Assembly (NCBI GenBank): GCA_051294375.1
Contig: CM119266.1
Span: 17,726,087-17,790,086 of the forward strand
From: Paraspadella gotoi
Lineage: Eukaryota > Animalia > Chaetognatha
Reading direction: 5' to 3'
Length of the DNA stretch: 64,000 nt
In this document: piece by piece, positions 60,101 to 64,000 of the stretch
Layout of the letters: every line of letters starts with the position of its first letter
How positions within the stretch are numbered: position 1 is the first letter of the stretch
Made by a program: the position numbers and the translations under genes
Notes under the pieces: model-generated
What the model saw: only the letters and a program-made list of their open reading frames with translations
What the model was told of the DNA's origin: nothing
Database searches by the model: none

Positions 60101-60536
60101 CGTCTCCGTCGTCGTCGTAACCGCCGCCGCTTTAACGCTGCTCGGTTGGGAACTCAACGTCCTGGAGAGCGTGACCCTCAGCGTGGGCATCGGCCTGGCA
60201 ATCGACACCACCCTCCACTACGCCATCGCCTATCGCCTGCAACAGCGCCTGGCGCCCTGCCTGGACGCAGAGCGAACGCGGCGGGAGACGGTGGCAGCGA
60301 CGTTGATCACCATGACGCCGGCTGTGACGTTGGCGACGTTGACGACGGGTTTAGCGGGGGCGTTGATGACGCCGGCATCGGTTCTCGCCTACGTGAGATT
60401 GGGGATATTCTTGGTCATAGTCATGTTGGCCTCTTGGACGTACGGGACATTTTTCTTCTTGAGCTTGTTGAGATATTGTGGAACTGTCGAGGCGGCGACG
60501 AAACCCTGGCGGTCAAACTTTTGCCTCAAATTCTGA
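57175..60536 (+). CDS. DISP1: Protein dispatched homologue (RND/SSD family); 5' end needs a frame change
   Basis: The frame of ORF 57564 is open from 57192 and includes YASLL.RFP.IVLG..., FDDPSEGFEPRG, FPFMN, IG.GTDDVFV, TSLTTSSAF, QLSNCFVE and L.VLES...GL.IDTTLHY. The nearest upstream ATG (57175) is in another frame. Confidence 0.88.
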
Positions 60537-61140
60537 ATAGAGTATTTATTAATATTATCTATTTTTTAAGTTTATATTGCGCTTGGACGATCGATACAGT
60601 ATTTTACTTAACGAACCGCATGATATATACCAATTTACGTATTCTTATGTACTTATTTACATACTTGTTACCACACGTTAAAAATTGTTATTTGCTGCAA
60701 AGATACATAATGCCTCATATTTTTATTCTTTTTTTTTTCAGTTACTTACCGTGACTTTTTTAGCTAACTTTTCTAGATATATATATTCAGCGAAGTCGAC
60801 CCTCATTTTATAGTAGCAAGCCAGAAAATGCTGGAGGAACAATCGATTAGTTTAGGGTTATCATTTTTTATCAATTTCCCACTCAGTCATTTTTATATGT
60901 CGCAATTTATGTATTAGTTCAATTCCATATGAAGCCATATGCTTTAAAAGTTCTAAAGTATTACGTACCTGTGGTAAAGTTATTGTTTTACACAACTTTT
61001 GATAAATTATCTAACGTTATTGATAATAAAATCAAATCGATTTTATATTTATAACGGCTAATTTTCATGCAAAGGCTTTGCAGCGCGCCCCCTCTCTTCT
61101 AAATACCCATCGACATGTCCCATGAATCAAAGTAGTATCT

Positions 61141-61265
61141 CGCCTCTGGCTTTGGTCGCACCATCGTCCAACACCTCGTCGAAGGCAGCGCCGCTGAAAT
61201 ATACGATCTCGACCGAAGCCGAATCTGAATTCCCCAACAAGATGTCAAGACCTCGCCGACTTGGA
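61141..61265 (+). pseudogene. Decayed fragment paralogous to the adjacent SDR gene
   Basis: Translates ASGFGRTIVQHLVEGSAAEIYDLD versus ASGFGRAIVLHLVDADATVFALD in the intact gene. No start codon, and it degenerates afterwards. Confidence 0.65.
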
Positions 61266-61930
61266 CAGCGAGGGCGGGCTTAATATAAAACGACTTAAAA
61301 CATCTTAAACGGATTAAAATGAGTAGAATCTCTTAAAACCCCGACACTGACTAAGTGACTATTAAAATATAATATCACGTGATCTGCCTTAAAAGAAAAG
61401 GGGTTAATATAAATTAATTTGTAACGATAATCAATTAAAATTAATTAGAATATAAACCAATGTTTTATTAAGCAAGTTAAAATCTTCGAAAGTTCCCTCG
61501 AAATGTTTGATGAAATAAATAATAAAATATGTAACACTGTTCCTGAGGGTAATTCTATATCATTTTATTAATTTTATAATTTTACTTTATTTCGTCAGAT
61601 TCGAAATTTGTATTGCCATTCCAATGCGTTGATGATAGAATAGAAGATATTGGCACCACAATTTAGCTTTCGGATATTTTGCGTATGTGAAATAAAGATG
61701 GGAATTTAAACGCTTGTGCCAAAAAGAAGGGTCATTACGTAAAATTGACTTGACATAAAAAAAATTTTGAATTATTTTTTGGCCGCAGATTTGACGATCC
61801 GATTCCTTTTCAGATAAGAGTCACCAGAGGCCAAAGGGACTTCGGGGCTTCAGAGAGAGATACAAAGGTTCATCGCACTCTTCCTCTTCTCATTTTGTGT
61901 TTGTGCGTGATATCGTCACTCACTCTTGCG

Positions 61931-62668
61931 ATGTCTCTCGCCGGTCGCCTCTACCTAGTCACGGGCGCCGCCTCAGGCTTTGGTCGAGCCATCGTCCTCC
62001 ATTTGGTCGACGCCGACGCCACCGTCTTCGCCCTCGATGTCAACGAAGAAGGCCTGAATTTCTTGAAGGCGTCTCGCCCCGACGCCGACCTCACCGTCAT
62101 CTACCAGGATATCACCGACTGGTCAGGCGTCGCCGAATCTCTTGTTGACATTCCTTCGCCCAACGGTCTCGTCAACTGCGCAGGCGTCGGCGGCGTCGTC
62201 TCCAGTTTTCTCGACTACAAAGAGGAAGAGATCGACGCGACATTAAACGTAAACTTCAAAGGCGCCGTCCGCGTGACACAATGCGTCGTCAAGAAGATGA
62301 TGGAAGGCGGAATCTCCGACGCCTCCATTGTCAACATCTCTTCGACGACCTCGACCCAGACGCCTCCCGCGGTCATGGCCTACGCGGCCTCCAAGGCTGC
62401 GCTCAACGCTTTTACCCGATGTTTGGCCAAAGAGTTGGGACCCAAAGGGATTCGGGTCAACTCTATCAATTCCCACGTCTCCGTCGAGACGCCGCTGGGC
62501 GCCTACGCGGTCAGGAAGGGGCTCTTTCCCGCCGATCCGGCGACAATTCCCATGCAACGCTTCGTGGAATTGCGTGATGTCGTCGATACAGTTCAGTTCT
62601 TGCTCAGCGATAAATCTTCTCACATCAATGGTGTCATTCTGCCGTTGGACGGCGGGGCCTCTTGCTAG
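61931..62668 (+). CDS. Short-chain dehydrogenase/reductase, L-xylulose reductase (DCXR)-like, intronless
   Basis: VTGAASGFG, LVNCAG, IVNISS, catalytic YAASK, ELGPKGIRVNS, FLLSDKSS.ING..LP.DGG. First ATG at 61931. Confidence 0.88.
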   Translation: MSLAGRLYLVTGAASGFGRAIVLHLVDADATVFALDVNEEGLNFLKASRPDADLTVIYQDITDWSGVAESLVDIPSPNGLVNCAGVGGVVSSFLDYKEEEIDATLNVNFKGAVRVTQCVVKKMMEGGISDASIVNISSTTSTQTPPAVMAYAASKAALNAFTRCLAKELGPKGIRVNSINSHVSVETPLGAYAVRKGLFPADPATIPMQRFVELRDVVDTVQFLLSDKSSHINGVILPLDGGASC

Positions 62669-63451
62669 AGCGACAATGGGTATTTGGATTAGATAAAATA
62701 CGTGAGGTTTTTTGTGAAACTTTATTTGCGAAATTTTTTTTAAATTTATGGATAAGTTAAAATACCTGATTTTTTGGGGAAATTATACACTTATTAGTCG
62801 GTCCTTTGATCCTCATTTCACAGTCCGCACTGTTTAAAGCGGAGACGGTTTATTAGATTCTAATTTGACGATCAGATGTCTTCTCGTCCTTCTCTTGCTC
62901 AATTTATTGGAATGCATACTGCGATTGGGACAGATTCGCATTTGGATTTTTTTTTCCCTGGAAAGATTAGCAGAGGTGTGACAATGTTTTCGCCTCCCGC
63001 CGGTTTTTCAAACTTTTTCATGTCTCTGTCTCCGTCTCGCTCAGCCAATTTCACTTTCTGCCTTTTGTTTCGCTCTTTTAACTTTTTAGACCCCAAGTGT
63101 GCTTATTTGAACGGCTCAAGATAGAAGTTTCAACGAAATATTTTGAAAATTTTAAAATTATTGTCTTTTCCTATGGCTTCTTCTTTGTTCTTCGAAGTAT
63201 CTCAATCTTCAACTCCTATAACCTTGTCTTCTTTTTATTAAGGTCTTTGTTTGTTATACATCATAACATTTTGGGAGCAACGATCTAAGTCTTTTCCGAC
63301 AATCCCGTCTTGGAGGTTTCGTCGTCCTCTCGGCTTTTTAGTTTTCATCTTTGCTCATCCTTGAAAACCTGATGAGTGCAAAACTCTTTCCTTTCCCGTT
63401 TTCGCGATCGCCGAGTCGATCGTAAAATATGGTGGACTAAAATCCACCAAC

Positions 63452-63612
63452 CGTTCATCAGTGGCCATTGGTGCCGGAGGCAAGTCATTCGCCTCCCAAC
63501 CCAAAGGTCCGGGGTTCTAGCCCGGTGGCCGCCTAGCAGTTAAGAGGGACGGGGCGCTTAACCCGCCTGTAACATGGTGTTAAAGCCTGATCCGAAGCTC
63601 AGGGACTGCTTT
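63452..63612 (+). mobile_element. tRNA-derived SINE-like element
   Basis: tggtgccggagg...cccaacccaaaggtccggggttctagccc is a tRNA-like head. The 3' block is shared with about 15810-15832. Confidence 0.45.
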
Positions 63613-64000
63613 ATATTGAACGGTTCTGTCACTAACTCATAACAATCATTACTGTCTCTTCAAAAACAACTTTTTGGTGATTGAAATTTTTTTGGCACGC
63701 GTGTTATGGTTTTAAAATAAAATCAGTAAAAAATTCTAACCTTCTCTTATACCGTTGTTTTTAAACAAAAAACTTTGCATCTAAAATTTACCAACTACTA
63801 CGAAAAAAGAAATTACACTATAACCTTAGAGAATATTTATTATTCTTATGGTTTCTGGTTTATATCCTCCACGATGTATTTTTCATATATTTTTACACTT
63901 TTACAGGTTAAAATTTTCTGCTGCTTGCCTGAGGAATAAAATTGAATAACAATTATTGATAATGATTATAATGAATCCGAATACTAGATAATTCGGGAGA

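Noticed and set aside
62876-63430. Purine-rich minus-strand stretch with a short Lys-rich ORF, a possible opposite-strand gene
   Set aside because: Multiple stops, no ATG-led long frame and no recognisable homology. I cannot exclude a decayed or terminal exon.

Overview
Eukaryotic (metazoan, probably invertebrate) genomic DNA with GC/CpG-rich exons and very AT-rich introns. I traced 16 protein-coding genes by eye, and all are on the + strand: TP53I3/PIG3-like last exon, SARS2, GCSH, SCHIP1, DNase I-like, SUPT20H, a 12-exon C2H2 zinc-finger gene, MRM1, stand-alone MOCS1B/MoaC, an orphan ORF, MTO1, PSMD10, EIF3C, XRN2, Dispatched and a DCXR-like SDR. Several neighbours are only about 150-270 bp apart, and most genes have an unpaired pyrimidine-AG acceptor shortly before the ATG. 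This points to operon-like polycistronic transcription resolved by trans-splicing, which is inference. Introns hold a DIRS tyrosine-recombinase remnant, a 5'-truncated CRE-type retroposon, MITEs, tRNA-derived SINE pieces, a structured ~230 bp repeat family, and two TSD-flanked palindromes carrying hammerhead-ribozyme cores (Penelope-like). Splice signals are relaxed, with two GC-AG introns and many AAG acceptors. Exon coordinates were counted by hand and may be off by a few bases. No database searches were run.
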